Positions 25,351 through 34,253 of a stretch of 64,000 nt of DNA are shown piece after piece. The notes below the pieces were generated by a model. The model searched no databases, had not been told where the DNA came from, and worked only from the letters and a program-made list of their open reading frames with translations. This DNA is from an uncultured Solirubrobacterales bacterium. Its GTDB lineage: Bacteria > Actinomycetota > Thermoleophilia > Solirubrobacterales > 70-9. The translations under genes were made by a program, and so were the position numbers. Location: contig CAWIZH010000003.1 in assembly GCA_963840565.1 (NCBI GenBank), forward strand, positions 150,210 to 214,209. Reading direction: 5' to 3'. The number at the start of each line of letters is the position of its first letter. Position 1 is the stretch's first letter.

Positions 25351-25905
25351 TTAAGCGGTAACCGCAGCCGCCGGAATCAGGTCCCGCGACTCCAAGTACT
25401 CGAGCAGCTTCTGCGCCGACTCCTCAGGAGTCTCGTTCTCCGTGTCGCAGACCCAAGCCGGGTTCTCCGGAATCTCGTACGGGTCACTGACGCCAGTGAA
25501 TTCCTTGATCTCACCCGAGAACGCCTTGGCGTAAAGCCCCTTGACATCACGCTCGGCGCAGGTGTCGACCGAGGCCTTGACGTAGACCTCGATGAAGCGA
25601 TCGCCCATCAGCTCGTGGGCCTCGTCGCGGATCTCGGCGTAAGGCGAGATCGCGGCGGTGATCACCGGCACGCCGTTGCGGGAGAGCAGGTCGGCGACGA
25701 AGGCGATGCGACGGATGTTGATGTCGCGGTCCTCCTTGGAGAAGCCGAGCCCCTTGGAGAGGTTTTCGCGCACGACGTCGCCGTCGAGGATCTCGAGCTT
25801 CGAGCCGCGGTTTCGCAGCTCGGTCTCGAGCAGCCCGGAAATGGTCGTCTTGCCGGCACCGGAGAGTCCGGTGAACCAGAGGGTGAAGCCCTTCTCGCCA
25901 GCCAT
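25351..25905 (-). CDS. cysC: adenylylsulfate (APS) kinase
   Basis: FTGLSGAGKTTISG P-loop, LDGDVVRENL, and a length of 184 aa. Confidence 0.92.
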   Translation of the reverse strand: MAGEKGFTLWFTGLSGAGKTTISGLLETELRNRGSKLEILDGDVVRENLSKGLGFSKEDRDINIRRIAFVADLLSRNGVPVITAAISPYAEIRDEAHELMGDRFIEVYVKASVDTCAERDVKGLYAKAFSGEIKEFTGVSDPYEIPENPAWVCDTENETPEESAQKLLEYLESRDLIPAAAVTA

Positions 25906-25911
25906 GCTCGT

Positions 25912-26988
25912 TCAGTCCTCCTTGTAAGCGTCGATAAGGATGTCGGCGACCTCGTCGCGGGAGAACTCGTGCGGCGGCCTTTCGCCGTTGCCGAGCATCT
26001 CGCGGACCTTGGTTCCGGAGAGGAAGAGGCGCGCGTCTGCGTCATGTGGACAGGTCTTGGCCGAGGCCAGCCCCTCGCACTCGTTGCACCAGAAAGTGTG
26101 CTCGAACATCAGCGGCTCGATCCCGAGCTCGTCGATGTCGATCGTCTCGAAGATCTTCTGCGCGTCGTAGGTGCCGTAGTAATCGCCGGCACCGGCGTGG
26201 TCGCGGCCGACGATGAAGTGAGTGGCGCCGTAGTTGCGACGGACGATCGCGTGCAGGACCGCCTCGCGAGGGCCGGCGTAGTGCATCTTCGCCGGCTTCA
26301 CGCCCAGCACCACCCGGTCGTTGGGGTAGTAGTTCTCCATCAGCACCTCGTAGCAGCGCATCCGCACGTCGGCGGGGATGTCGCCGGCCTTGGTCTTGCC
26401 GATCAGCGGGTGGATGAAGAGCCCGTCGCAGGTCTCCAGCGCCGCCTTGGTCAGGTACTCGTGGGCGCGGTGGATCGGGTTGCGGGTCTGGAAGGCGACG
26501 ATTTTCTTCCAACCGCGCGCCTCGAAGTCGGCCTTGTGCTCCGCCGCCGTCTTGTAGCGGCGCATGAAGGCCTCCTCGTGATCCGGCAGCGCGTCGACCT
26601 CGAGCGGCCCGGCGATGCAACGGCTGCCCTCAGCGTAGATCGCGGCGACGCCCGGGTGCTCCCCATCGGTCGTGCCGTAGACCAGCTCGGCCTCGCGCTT
26701 GGCGTCGCGCTCCCAGATCTCCTCAACCTTGATCCGGCCCAGCGGCTTGCCTTCGTCGCTGGAGAGCGAGACGACGTCGCCGACCTCGCACTCGAGGTCG
26801 GTCGCCAGGGTGATCGGGATCGGCCAGTAGTCGCCGTCGGTGGTCCGCATCTCGGTACAGACGCGCTCCCAGTCGGCGGAGCCCTGGAAGCCGGTCAGCG
26901 GCGCGAAGCCGCCGTTGCCGATCATCTCGAAATCGGCGGTGTGGCGCTCGTCAAGTGTCAGGGAAAGCTCAGTCATCGTCTCGCTCAT
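25912..26988 (-). CDS. sat: sulfate adenylyltransferase (ATP sulfurylase, Sat type)
   Basis: FQTRNPIHRAHEYL and IVGRDHAG motifs. Confidence 0.9.
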   Translation of the reverse strand: MSETMTELSLTLDERHTADFEMIGNGGFAPLTGFQGSADWERVCTEMRTTDGDYWPIPITLATDLECEVGDVVSLSSDEGKPLGRIKVEEIWERDAKREAELVYGTTDGEHPGVAAIYAEGSRCIAGPLEVDALPDHEEAFMRRYKTAAEHKADFEARGWKKIVAFQTRNPIHRAHEYLTKAALETCDGLFIHPLIGKTKAGDIPADVRMRCYEVLMENYYPNDRVVLGVKPAKMHYAGPREAVLHAIVRRNYGATHFIVGRDHAGAGDYYGTYDAQKIFETIDIDELGIEPLMFEHTFWCNECEGLASAKTCPHDADARLFLSGTKVREMLGNGERPPHEFSRDEVADILIDAYKED

Positions 26989-27052
26989 GCGTTAAGTCTC
27001 ACCAATCGGTTGGGAAGGATTACGAAGGGGTTATCTCAGGCGCGTGGCGCCG

Positions 27053-27751
27053 CTAGTTGATCCCGCACTCGGTCTTTTCGAGACCCGCCCAGCGGCCATC
27101 GCGGGACGAACCGCCGACACCGACCGGCTTGGTGCAGTGCGTGCAACCGATCGAGGGGTAGCCCTGATCGTGCAGCGGGTTGTACGGGAGGTCGTGCTCA
27201 TGGATGTAGTTCCAGACATCGCGTTCGGTCCAGTCCGCGAGCGGGTTGAGCTTCCAGAGCTCAAAACGCTTGTCCCAGCCGAACTTCGGAGTGTTGGCGC
27301 GGCTGGCTGAGTCCTCACGGCGGACGCCGGCGAGCCAGCAGTCTACGGAAGAAAGCGCCCTGCGCATCGGCTCGACCTTGCGCAAACCGCAGCAGGCGTC
27401 GGGATCGCGGTTCCAGAGCTCGTCGCCGTGCTGGGCCGCCTGCTCCTCCAAAGTGAGGTTGTGGAAGCGGTCGAACTCGATCCCCAGCGCCTCGCCGAGG
27501 CGGTCGCGGGTCTCATACGTCTCCGGGAAGAGGACGTCGGTGTCGAGGTAGAAGAAGCGCGCGTTGGGGTTGACCTTGCTGGCCAGGTGCGCGGTCACCG
27601 AGCTCGTTTTCTGGAACGAGCAGGCGATGTAGTGGCTCTCGCCAAAGGTCTCGAACATCCACTCGATCGTCTGCTCGGCGCTGCGGCCCTCGAGCTCGGC
27701 GGCAATCGCCTCCGGATCGGAGATAGCGGCTGGGGCGGCAACTGGATTCAT
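27053..27751 (-). CDS. cysH: assimilatory APS/PAPS reductase with Fe-S cysteines
   Basis: CC (DPDACCGLRKVEP) plus CxxC (GCTHCT) cluster ligands and the C-terminal ECGIN. The ATG at 27751 overlaps the sulfite reductase TGA (ATGA); an alternative GTG lies at 27760. Confidence 0.88.
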   Translation of the reverse strand: MNPVAAPAAISDPEAIAAELEGRSAEQTIEWMFETFGESHYIACSFQKTSSVTAHLASKVNPNARFFYLDTDVLFPETYETRDRLGEALGIEFDRFHNLTLEEQAAQHGDELWNRDPDACCGLRKVEPMRRALSSVDCWLAGVRREDSASRANTPKFGWDKRFELWKLNPLADWTERDVWNYIHEHDLPYNPLHDQGYPSIGCTHCTKPVGVGGSSRDGRWAGLEKTECGIN

Positions 27752-29592
27752 ATCGCGCACTCGCCCTCGCCCCTCTCAACCTTGTAGGGGCTGGAGCGGC
27801 TCCAATCGATGAACTCCTGCATCGTCTCGAGGCTGAACTCAGCCGGCAGCGTCAGGTCCTTGACCTCCGCTTCGAAGCGAGCGGCGCCGATCCGCTCGGC
27901 AAGAGCGTTGAACGCCTCGCCCTCGTCGGAGCGCTCCGCCTCGTAGAGGCGAACCCAGCGCTCGACCGCCTCGGGCACACGCTTGGCGGGCAGGCGCGAC
28001 TTCAGCCGCGTGCCGAAGATCACCTCGCCGCCCTCGTAGTTGCCGCCGATGTGCGGGATGTAAGCGGGGATCTGGCGCGCGCCGACTTTCAGCGAGGCAC
28101 CGTAGAAGCCGATGTTGGCGATGTGGTGCTGGCTGCAGCCGTTGGGGCAACCGCTCATCTTGATGTGGATCTTGCGGGTCAGCTCGTCGGAGATCTCCAT
28201 CTCCGCCAGCCGCTCCCTGATCGCCTTGTTCAGGCCCATCGAGCTGGTGATGCCCATCTTGCAGCTGTCGGTGCCGGGGCAGCTGACCACGTCGGTGATC
28301 TCGCGGGCGCCGGCCTCGCCGAGGCCGAGCTCGCTGAGCCGCTGCCAGACGTCGTAGAGCGCCTCGTCACGGACCCAGCGCAGGACCAGGTTCTGCTGCA
28401 CGGTGCTGCGCGCGTAGCCGCCGGTGAACTCGCGCATGATCGTGGCCAGGCCGCGGAACTGCTCCGGGGTCAGGTCGCCGCGGTAGATCTTCACCTCGAT
28501 CGCGGAAAAGCCCTCCTGGACCTGGGCCTGGACGTTGCCTTCGCAGAAGCGCTCGAACTCGGAGTGGTCGCCGTTGGGCGAGGCGGACTCGGGAGGAATC
28601 CCAGGCGCGTTGGCCTCCTCGTCGTCCTCGAAGCGCAGTCGCTCGACCAACTCGGCGTCGAAGTCCCGCTCGGCGACCCAGTCGCCCTCGAGCTCCTCGT
28701 CGACCTGCTCGCGGAAGGCGTCGATGCCGATCTTGTCGATCAGGACCTTGATCCGGGCGCGGGCGCGGTTGGCGCGCAGCCACTCCTGGCGGTCGAAGAT
28801 GCGCAGCACCGCCTCGGAGACCTTGAGGTAGTCGCCGTTGTCGGCCTCGACGAAGTCGTAGAGCGTCGGCGCGATCCGCGCCATGATCGAGGTGCCGCCG
28901 CCGACGCGGATCTCGAAGCCCTTGACCCCGTCCCGTTCGCGCGAGAGGAAGGCGACGTCGTGGATGCCGGTGATCGCGCGATCCTCGTCGGAGCCGCTGA
29001 ACGCCGTCTTGATCTTGCGCGGCATCAGCTGCGTCGTCGGGTGGCGGACGAAGTAGCGGGCGTAGGCGCCGGCGTAGGGGGTCGGATCGAAGATCTCGTC
29101 GGTGGCGACGCCGGCCCAGGGGTCGCCGGTGACGTTGCGCACCGTGTTGCCGCAGCCCTCGCGTGAGGAGAGGTCCGCCACGGCGATCTCGCGCAGCAGC
29201 GACTCCATGTCGCGCAGCGGCACATGGTGGATCTGGATGTTCTGCCGCGTGGTGATGTGGCCCTTGTTCAGCGGCGCGTACTTCTCGACCACGCTGGCGA
29301 AGGCCTCCATCTGCTGCGGCGTGACGCCGCCGAAGGGAAGCTTGACCCGGACCATCTGCACGTCGGGCTGGCGCTGGCCGTAGACGCCCTGCTTGAGGCG
29401 GAAGCCGATGAACTCGTCCTCGGGAATCTGGCCGGCAAGGAAAGTCTCGGCTTCGTTTTCGAAGTCGTCGAACTCGCGCTCGATGATCGGGATGATGTGG
29501 CCGGGGACGTTGCGGTAGGTCTCCGGGTTCTCCAGGGTCCCGGTGCGGCCCTTGCCCCGCTGCTCCTTCTGCTGGTCTACGGCTACCTCCAT
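27748..29592 (-). CDS. ferredoxin-type sulfite (nitrite/sulfite family) reductase
   Basis: Duplicated NIR_SIR domains and the siroheme/4Fe-4S Cys motifs SCPGTDSCKMG and SGCPNGCSQH. Confidence 0.88.
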   Translation of the reverse strand: MEVAVDQQKEQRGKGRTGTLENPETYRNVPGHIIPIIEREFDDFENEAETFLAGQIPEDEFIGFRLKQGVYGQRQPDVQMVRVKLPFGGVTPQQMEAFASVVEKYAPLNKGHITTRQNIQIHHVPLRDMESLLREIAVADLSSREGCGNTVRNVTGDPWAGVATDEIFDPTPYAGAYARYFVRHPTTQLMPRKIKTAFSGSDEDRAITGIHDVAFLSRERDGVKGFEIRVGGGTSIMARIAPTLYDFVEADNGDYLKVSEAVLRIFDRQEWLRANRARARIKVLIDKIGIDAFREQVDEELEGDWVAERDFDAELVERLRFEDDEEANAPGIPPESASPNGDHSEFERFCEGNVQAQVQEGFSAIEVKIYRGDLTPEQFRGLATIMREFTGGYARSTVQQNLVLRWVRDEALYDVWQRLSELGLGEAGAREITDVVSCPGTDSCKMGITSSMGLNKAIRERLAEMEISDELTRKIHIKMSGCPNGCSQHHIANIGFYGASLKVGARQIPAYIPHIGGNYEGGEVIFGTRLKSRLPAKRVPEAVERWVRLYEAERSDEGEAFNALAERIGAARFEAEVKDLTLPAEFSLETMQEFIDWSRSSPYKVERGEGECAI

Positions 29593-29631
29593 GCCAGGGA
29601 AAATAGCAAAACCTGACAGGGATTAGGGTAT

Positions 29632-30039
29632 TTAGGGCTTAGTCAGCTCTGGAGGCAGTCTTTTACGCGCATGAAGGATGGCCGCAGCCTCGCCCGACTC
29701 AGCAACCGCACCACCCTCCGGCGCCAGCGGCAACCCGGCCTCGGCCCAGCCAACAATGCCCTCACCCAGCTTCTTGGCGTCATAGCCCTCAGCCGCAAGC
29801 GCTTCGGTGGCCATAGTCGAGCGATTGCCCCCGCGGCAGTAGAAGACAACGGGCCGATCCTGATCGATCTCATCCGTCCGATCAGCAAGCTCAGCCAGAG
29901 GCAAGTGCTTCGCGCCCTCAATCCGGCCCATCTCCCACTCATGCTCAGCCCGCACATCAACCAACTGCGCACCCGCATCAACAAGCTTTTGAGCCTCTTC
30001 GCGGGAAATCTCAGAAATCTCAGGCGTCTCTTCACTCAT
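29632..30039 (-). CDS. rhodanese-domain sulfurtransferase
   Basis: Active-site loop VFYCRGGNRS. The ATG at 30039 (MSEETPEI...) was chosen; the upstream part of the ORF reads through repeat copy 2. Confidence 0.8.
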   Translation of the reverse strand: MSEETPEISEISREEAQKLVDAGAQLVDVRAEHEWEMGRIEGAKHLPLAELADRTDEIDQDRPVVFYCRGGNRSTMATEALAAEGYDAKKLGEGIVGWAEAGLPLAPEGGAVAESGEAAAILHARKRLPPELTKP

Positions 30040-30068
30040 AGAACGGGAATCTAGCCAACGCGTTGTGC

Positions 30069-30144
30069 GAGGGGCAGGTGCCCCCTCCCAAAACACTCAA
30101 GAGCGGCTCCTGCCGCTCGTTTTGGGAGGGGGCACCTGCCCCTC
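30069..30144. repeat. family-A conserved-core hairpin element, copy 2
   Basis: GAGGGGCAGGTGCCCCCTCCCAAAAC | ACTCAAGAGCGGCTCCTGCCGCTC | GTTTTGGGAGGGGGCACCTGCCCCTC. The arms are 26 bp and perfect. Confidence 0.88.
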
Positions 30145-30154
30145 CCCCAAACCC

Positions 30155-30364
30155 TTAATCGATATCGGTTCCCTCAATAAGGAAGGCGACCCGCACGTGA
30201 GCGCGGTACTCATCCAGATTCTCTCCCCGGATCCCAGTCGAAACGATGTCGACCGCCCGAATGTTTCGCAGGGTCCCCTGCGCCTGACCCAGGGCCTGCT
30301 TCGCAGCATCGTCAGTAGACGTTTTGGAGCTGCCCACCAACTCGATGATCTTCACGACGGCCAT
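30155..30364 (-). CDS. dodecin-family flavin-binding protein
   Basis: MAVVKIIELVGSSKTSTDDAAKQAL...AHVRVAFLIEG, 69 aa, with a strong GGAGG RBS upstream of ATG 30364. Confidence 0.8.
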   Translation of the reverse strand: MAVVKIIELVGSSKTSTDDAAKQALGQAQGTLRNIRAVDIVSTGIRGENLDEYRAHVRVAFLIEGTDID

Positions 30365-30546
30365 CTTTCTCCTCCTTCTGAATCCTCGACAGTGCCCTTC
30401 GCGCTGACTCCCTCGACTAGCGCGGCCCGCTGCCACGGGCCGATCGCCTCCGCCTCACCGCCTGGCGCCGCAGCAGTCTCCGCGCGGAAGCGCTCAATCG
30501 CCGCCGCGATCGCGGCGCCCTCGTCCTCGCTCGGGCTGCGGGCCAT
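30352..30546 (-). CDS. small Ala/Glu-rich hypothetical protein (weak resemblance to acyl-CoA carboxylase epsilon-type peptides)
   Basis: 64 aa, with SEDEGAAIAAAIERF...GPWQRAAL. It overlaps the dodecin start by 13 nt. Coding status is unproven. Confidence 0.3.
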   Translation of the reverse strand: MARSPSEDEGAAIAAAIERFRAETAAAPGGEAEAIGPWQRAALVEGVSAKGTVEDSEGGERWPS

Positions 30547-30896
30547 AGCCGAAGCCTATTCAACGGGACAAACGGCCCGGGCCGGCGAGGGAGGCGCCGG
30601 ACCCGGGTCCATGTTTGTTCTTCGCGCCGCCGGAGGGGGACCAGCGGCGCGGATGCCGGCAGGGAATCCGGCGGTTGCTGCGGCATCGATGGCCTGTCCG
30701 ATATAAGAACATAGCCCTACGCAAAAATCAAGTCCGGAGCCCCATTTTCGTGTTAAGCCCGGACCGATATCTCCAGTTTTTTGGCTTTACAAATGGGAAC
30801 TAAGGTTTTTCTTGCTCAGAAATACTTGCCTTCTGAAAGAACCGTGCGTACCATCCTGCTGCCCTAGCAGTCTCAACCAACCACGGAGGTAGCGAC

Positions 30897-32207
30897 ATGG
30901 CCGGTTATCGTCCGGTCGAGATGGTCAGGACACCGTGGGGGGATGCCGGCACGCTGCGCGAGCGCAAGCTGCAGCCTGGGCGGCGCTTGCCGCCCGAGGA
31001 GGTGGCGCGCAACCAGCGCGAGCGGCTCTTTGCCGCCCTGGTCGCCGTAGTCGCCGAAAAGGGCTACGAGGGGACCCGGGTCGAGGATCTGCTCGAGCTG
31101 TCGGGGGTCTCGCGGAGTGCCTTCTACGCTCACTTCGGCGACAAGGAGGAGTGCCTGCTCGCCGCCCTGCAGGCCTTCGTCGGCCCCACCGTCGGCGGCA
31201 TCTTCGGCGAAGGCGGGCCGCCGCCCGACGAACTTCGCGCCCGCCAGGCCTTCGACGCCTTCATCGACCTGATCGTCGAACAGGCGGCGGCGGCACGGAT
31301 GTGCCTGGTCGAGATCTACGCGGCCGGCCCCCGCGCCATTGAGGAGATCGACCGCACGATCGATGGTGTGCAGGCCTTCCTCTCGGCCACCCTCGATCAG
31401 GTCCCCGGCCGCGAGGGAATGCCGCCGGAGATCGTGCGGGCGATGGTCGGCGGGATTCGCAAGGTGATCCACAGCCGCCTCTACCGCCACGAGGAGGAGG
31501 AGCTGCTCGAGCTGACCCCGCTGATGTGGGACTGGCTGGCGGCGTACGCGCCGCCGCCCGAGCCACTGCGCCGCCCGCGCAACCGCGCGGCGCAGAACGG
31601 CGGCGCGCCAAATGGCTACGACCCGGCCGAACGCATCCTGCGCGCGCTTGCCTCGGTGGTCGCCGAGAAGGGGTACCCGGCGATGACGATCGGCGACATC
31701 GCAGCGGCGGCCTCGATCTCCCTCTCCACCTTCTACGCCAACTTCACCGACAAGGAGGAGGCGATGCTGGCCGCTGTCGACAGCGGCTCCGCGCAGATGC
31801 TGGCGACGACGCTGCCGGCCTTCCGCCGCGCCCCGGACTGGCCCCATGCCGTCCGCGGCGCCTACGGCGCGATGTTCGCCTTCTGCGCCGCCGAGCCCGA
31901 GTACACGACGCTGGGCGCGGTCGACGTCTACGCCGCCGGTCGCCGGGCGCTGGAACAGCGCGACGAGGTAATGAAGACGATGGAGGCCCTGCTGGCTCCC
32001 GGCTTCGAGATCAAGCCGAGCGTGAGCCCGATCGCCGCCGAGGCGATCGGCGGCGCGATCTACTCGATCATCTACGACCAGGTAAAACGCGGCGGCGCCG
32101 GAAGCATGCAGGAGGTCGCACCGCTCGCGACCTACATCACGCTCGCCCCCTTCATCGGCGCCGAGGAAGCCTGCGCGGTAGCCAACGGCGACGGGCGGGG
32201 GCGCTAG
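30897..32207 (+). CDS. tandem-duplicated (two-module) TetR-family regulator
   Basis: Two TetR HTH modules sit in one 436-aa chain: RERLFAALVAVVAEKGYEGTRVEDLLELSGVSRSAFYAHFGDKEE and AERILRALASVVAEKGYPAMTIGDIAAAASISLSTFYANFTDKEE. Confidence 0.8.
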   Translation: MAGYRPVEMVRTPWGDAGTLRERKLQPGRRLPPEEVARNQRERLFAALVAVVAEKGYEGTRVEDLLELSGVSRSAFYAHFGDKEECLLAALQAFVGPTVGGIFGEGGPPPDELRARQAFDAFIDLIVEQAAAARMCLVEIYAAGPRAIEEIDRTIDGVQAFLSATLDQVPGREGMPPEIVRAMVGGIRKVIHSRLYRHEEEELLELTPLMWDWLAAYAPPPEPLRRPRNRAAQNGGAPNGYDPAERILRALASVVAEKGYPAMTIGDIAAAASISLSTFYANFTDKEEAMLAAVDSGSAQMLATTLPAFRRAPDWPHAVRGAYGAMFAFCAAEPEYTTLGAVDVYAAGRRALEQRDEVMKTMEALLAPGFEIKPSVSPIAAEAIGGAIYSIIYDQVKRGGAGSMQEVAPLATYITLAPFIGAEEACAVANGDGRGR

Positions 32208-32337
32208 GAGTTCCGCGCGACGGGGGTGGCGGGTGCGCCTGAAGCTTTTCCAAACTTCGGCATCGCAGCGCTGCTTTCGAAGCTTCTTTGTCGCGAAACC
32301 GCTCGAAGCTTCCGTCGATACGAGCCTGTTGACTGTT

Positions 32338-32490
32338 GAGAGAGGAGCCCGGTCGCCCTCCAGGCGAATGTCGCGAAGCGGCGAAAAGCATTCCGGTTAT
32401 TGCGCGGCCGCAGGCCGCGCTCCTCATTCACCCCAAGAGCTCCGCTCTTGGGGTGTCAATTCGACTGGAGGGCGACCGGGCTCCTCTCTC
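32338..32490. repeat. 153-nt multi-hairpin element closed by 26-bp perfect inverted repeats
   Basis: GAGAGAGGAGCCCGGTCGCCCTCCAG (32338-32363) pairs with CTGGAGGGCGACCGGGCTCCTCTCTC (32465-32490). Inner hairpins are GCGCGGCC-GCA-GGCCGCGC and CACCCCAAGAGC-TCC-GCTCTTGGGGTG. Confidence 0.8.
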
Positions 32491-32534
32491 CACCCCGCTG
32501 GAATCGAACCGTCTACTAGAGGACGCTAGGGCGC

Positions 32535-34253
32535 TCAGTTCGTTGCCGCGTTGCCAAGCCCGTCAACGGGCTTGCCGTGTTTGGCAATTGCGCAGAGGAC
32601 GGGAGCTGGGTCGAAGGCGTCGGTCAGGGCACGGCCGGTCGGGGTGCCGTGAACCGGCTGCCCTTTCTTCTCCGGCGCGCGGCCGCGGCCGCACTGGATC
32701 GAGAAGTCGCGTTCGCCGTCGCGAGCGTCGATCACGTCTTCGCCGCCGCCGCCGTAGAAGGCGTCGCGACCGGGCTGGCCCAGCATCGCGTTGGCGCCGC
32801 CGTCGCCGACCAGGATGTCCCAGTCGAAGGAGCCCTCCATGTCCTCGTCGGTCGACGAGAGGTGGACCCTGTGACAGCCCTTTATTGCGTCGATCCAGGC
32901 CGCGTGGGCGGGGAAGGAGATGTGCAGGACTCCGGGGTGCGCCGGCGTCTCGGCAAAGGAGGCGTCATCGCGACCCGGGCCACCGACCAGGGCGCCGCCG
33001 GCGCAGCCGCCGCCGGCGGCGAGGAGGTCGCCGTCGGCGCCGCCGTAGAGGAACGTCGGCCCTGGCGTGCTGCCGATCAGCCCGTCGGCGCCGGCGCCGC
33101 CGTAGAGGCGGTCGGCGCCGAAGCCGGCCTCGATCAGGTCGTCCTCGGAGCCGCCTTTGATCGTGTCATTGCCGAGACCACCGGCAAGGCGAACGTTCTG
33201 CGCGCCGGCCAGCGACCCTTCGACCACGAGGCTGTCGTTGCCTGGGCCGAGGTCGGCCATCACCCAGCGCGCCGGGCCTTCGGTGGCGCAGCTCGCCCGC
33301 GTGGCGCTCACCCGCGAACATCCCTGGCCGAGTGCGATTCCCTTTTTGGCAGTCACTCCGAAGGTCGAGGTTTTTTCGTCGAAGGCGAGGATGAAAGCGT
33401 CGTGACCTCCTCCTCCGACCAGCTCCAGGCCCCCGCCTCCGCCCGATACCGGGTCGATTTCGGCGTAGGCAGAAGCCTTCAGCTTCGCTTCCTTGCCGCA
33501 GGAGGAGGTGTGGCCCTTGGCGCCCTGGCAGCGATCCGTTCCCTGACCACCGAGGAGGTGGTCCGGTCCGCCGCCGCCACGGATCGTGTCGTTGCCGGCG
33601 CCACCGTCGATTACGTTGCCCTGGCCGTTGCCGACGAGGATGTCTTCGAAGGCCGACCCTTCGAGGCTCTCGAAGCGAAAGAGGCGGTCGTGGCCGTCGC
33701 CTTTGGCCTCGTGCCTGGCCAGCGAGGCCTTGACGCCGCCATCGCGGCCGGCGCCGACGTCGGTGGCAAAGGAGGCGATGTCACCCTGGCCGGGCCCGCC
33801 ATCCATGCGGTCGTAGCCGTAGTCGCCGTGGACGAGGTCGAAATTGCCGGGACCGCCGCTGAGCGTGTCGATGCCGAGGCTGCCGGCAACTTCGTCGCCG
33901 TCGCCGGAGCCGCCGAGCAGCTTGTCGTCGCCGAGGTCGCCGATCACCCGGTCGTCATCGCCGGCGCCGCCGTCGGCGAGGTCGTTGCCGCGGCCGCCGT
34001 GGATCAGGTCCGCCCCCGGCCCACCGCAGAGCAGGTCGTTGCCGAGGCTGCCGAGGATCGTGTCGTTGCCGCCGCCGCCCCAGATCACGTCGCGCCCCGG
34101 CGTCCCCCGCAGCACGTCGTCAGCTTCGGTGCCGACGATCTTCGCCAGCCGCCCGTGACAGCGCGGCGGTTCTTCAACCGGTTCGTTGGACGCCGGCGCA
34201 GCGGCGATGAAGACGACCGCGGCGAGCGCCACCCCTGCGATGGCCATCCTCAT
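32535..34253 (-). CDS. exported RTX-type (GGxGxD) calcium-binding repeat protein
   Basis: N-terminal signal [20 protein letters not shown] and many GGxGxD nonapeptide-like repeats ([25 protein letters not shown]...). The ATG at 34253 overlaps the aldehyde dehydrogenase TGA (ATGA). Confidence 0.75.
   Translation of the reverse strand: MRMAIAGVALAAVVFIAAAPASNEPVEEPPRCHGRLAKIVGTEADDVLRGTPGRDVIWGGGGNDTILGSLGNDLLCGGPGADLIHGGRGNDLADGGAGDDDRVIGDLGDDKLLGGSGDGDEVAGSLGIDTLSGGPGNFDLVHGDYGYDRMDGGPGQGDIASFATDVGAGRDGGVKASLARHEAKGDGHDRLFRFESLEGSAFEDILVGNGQGNVIDGGAGNDTIRGGGGPDHLLGGQGTDRCQGAKGHTSSCGKEAKLKASAYAEIDPVSGGGGGLELVGGGGHDAFILAFDEKTSTFGVTAKKGIALGQGCSRVSATRASCATEGPARWVMADLGPGNDSLVVEGSLAGAQNVRLAGGLGNDTIKGGSEDDLIEAGFGADRLYGGAGADGLIGSTPGPTFLYGGADGDLLAAGGGCAGGALVGGPGRDDASFAETPAHPGVLHISFPAHAAWIDAIKGCHRVHLSSTDEDMEGSFDWDILVGDGGANAMLGQPGRDAFYGGGGEDVIDARDGERDFSIQCGRGRAPEKKGQPVHGTPTGRALTDAFDPAPVLCAIAKHGKPVDGLGNAATN

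Noticed and set aside
30352-30546. Calling the 64-aa Ala/Glu-rich ORF an acyl-CoA carboxylase epsilon subunit.
   Set aside because: The resemblance (EE..AA..A...W) is compositional and from memory only, and no carboxyltransferase gene is adjacent. It is kept as a low-confidence hypothetical.
32500-32512. A tRNA or tRNA fragment suggested by GGAATCGAACC (the reverse complement of the T-loop consensus GGTTCGATTCC).
   Set aside because: The flanking bases do not form a T-stem (at best 3 of 5 pairs) or an acceptor stem, and no anticodon arm could be built. It is reported only as a motif inside the structured spacer.
32600-34200. Nucleotide-level periodic repeats that could be mistaken for a CRISPR or tandem-repeat array.
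   Set aside because: They are the coding reflection of GGxGxD RTX nonapeptide repeats in a continuous ORF. There are no constant-length repeats or spacers.
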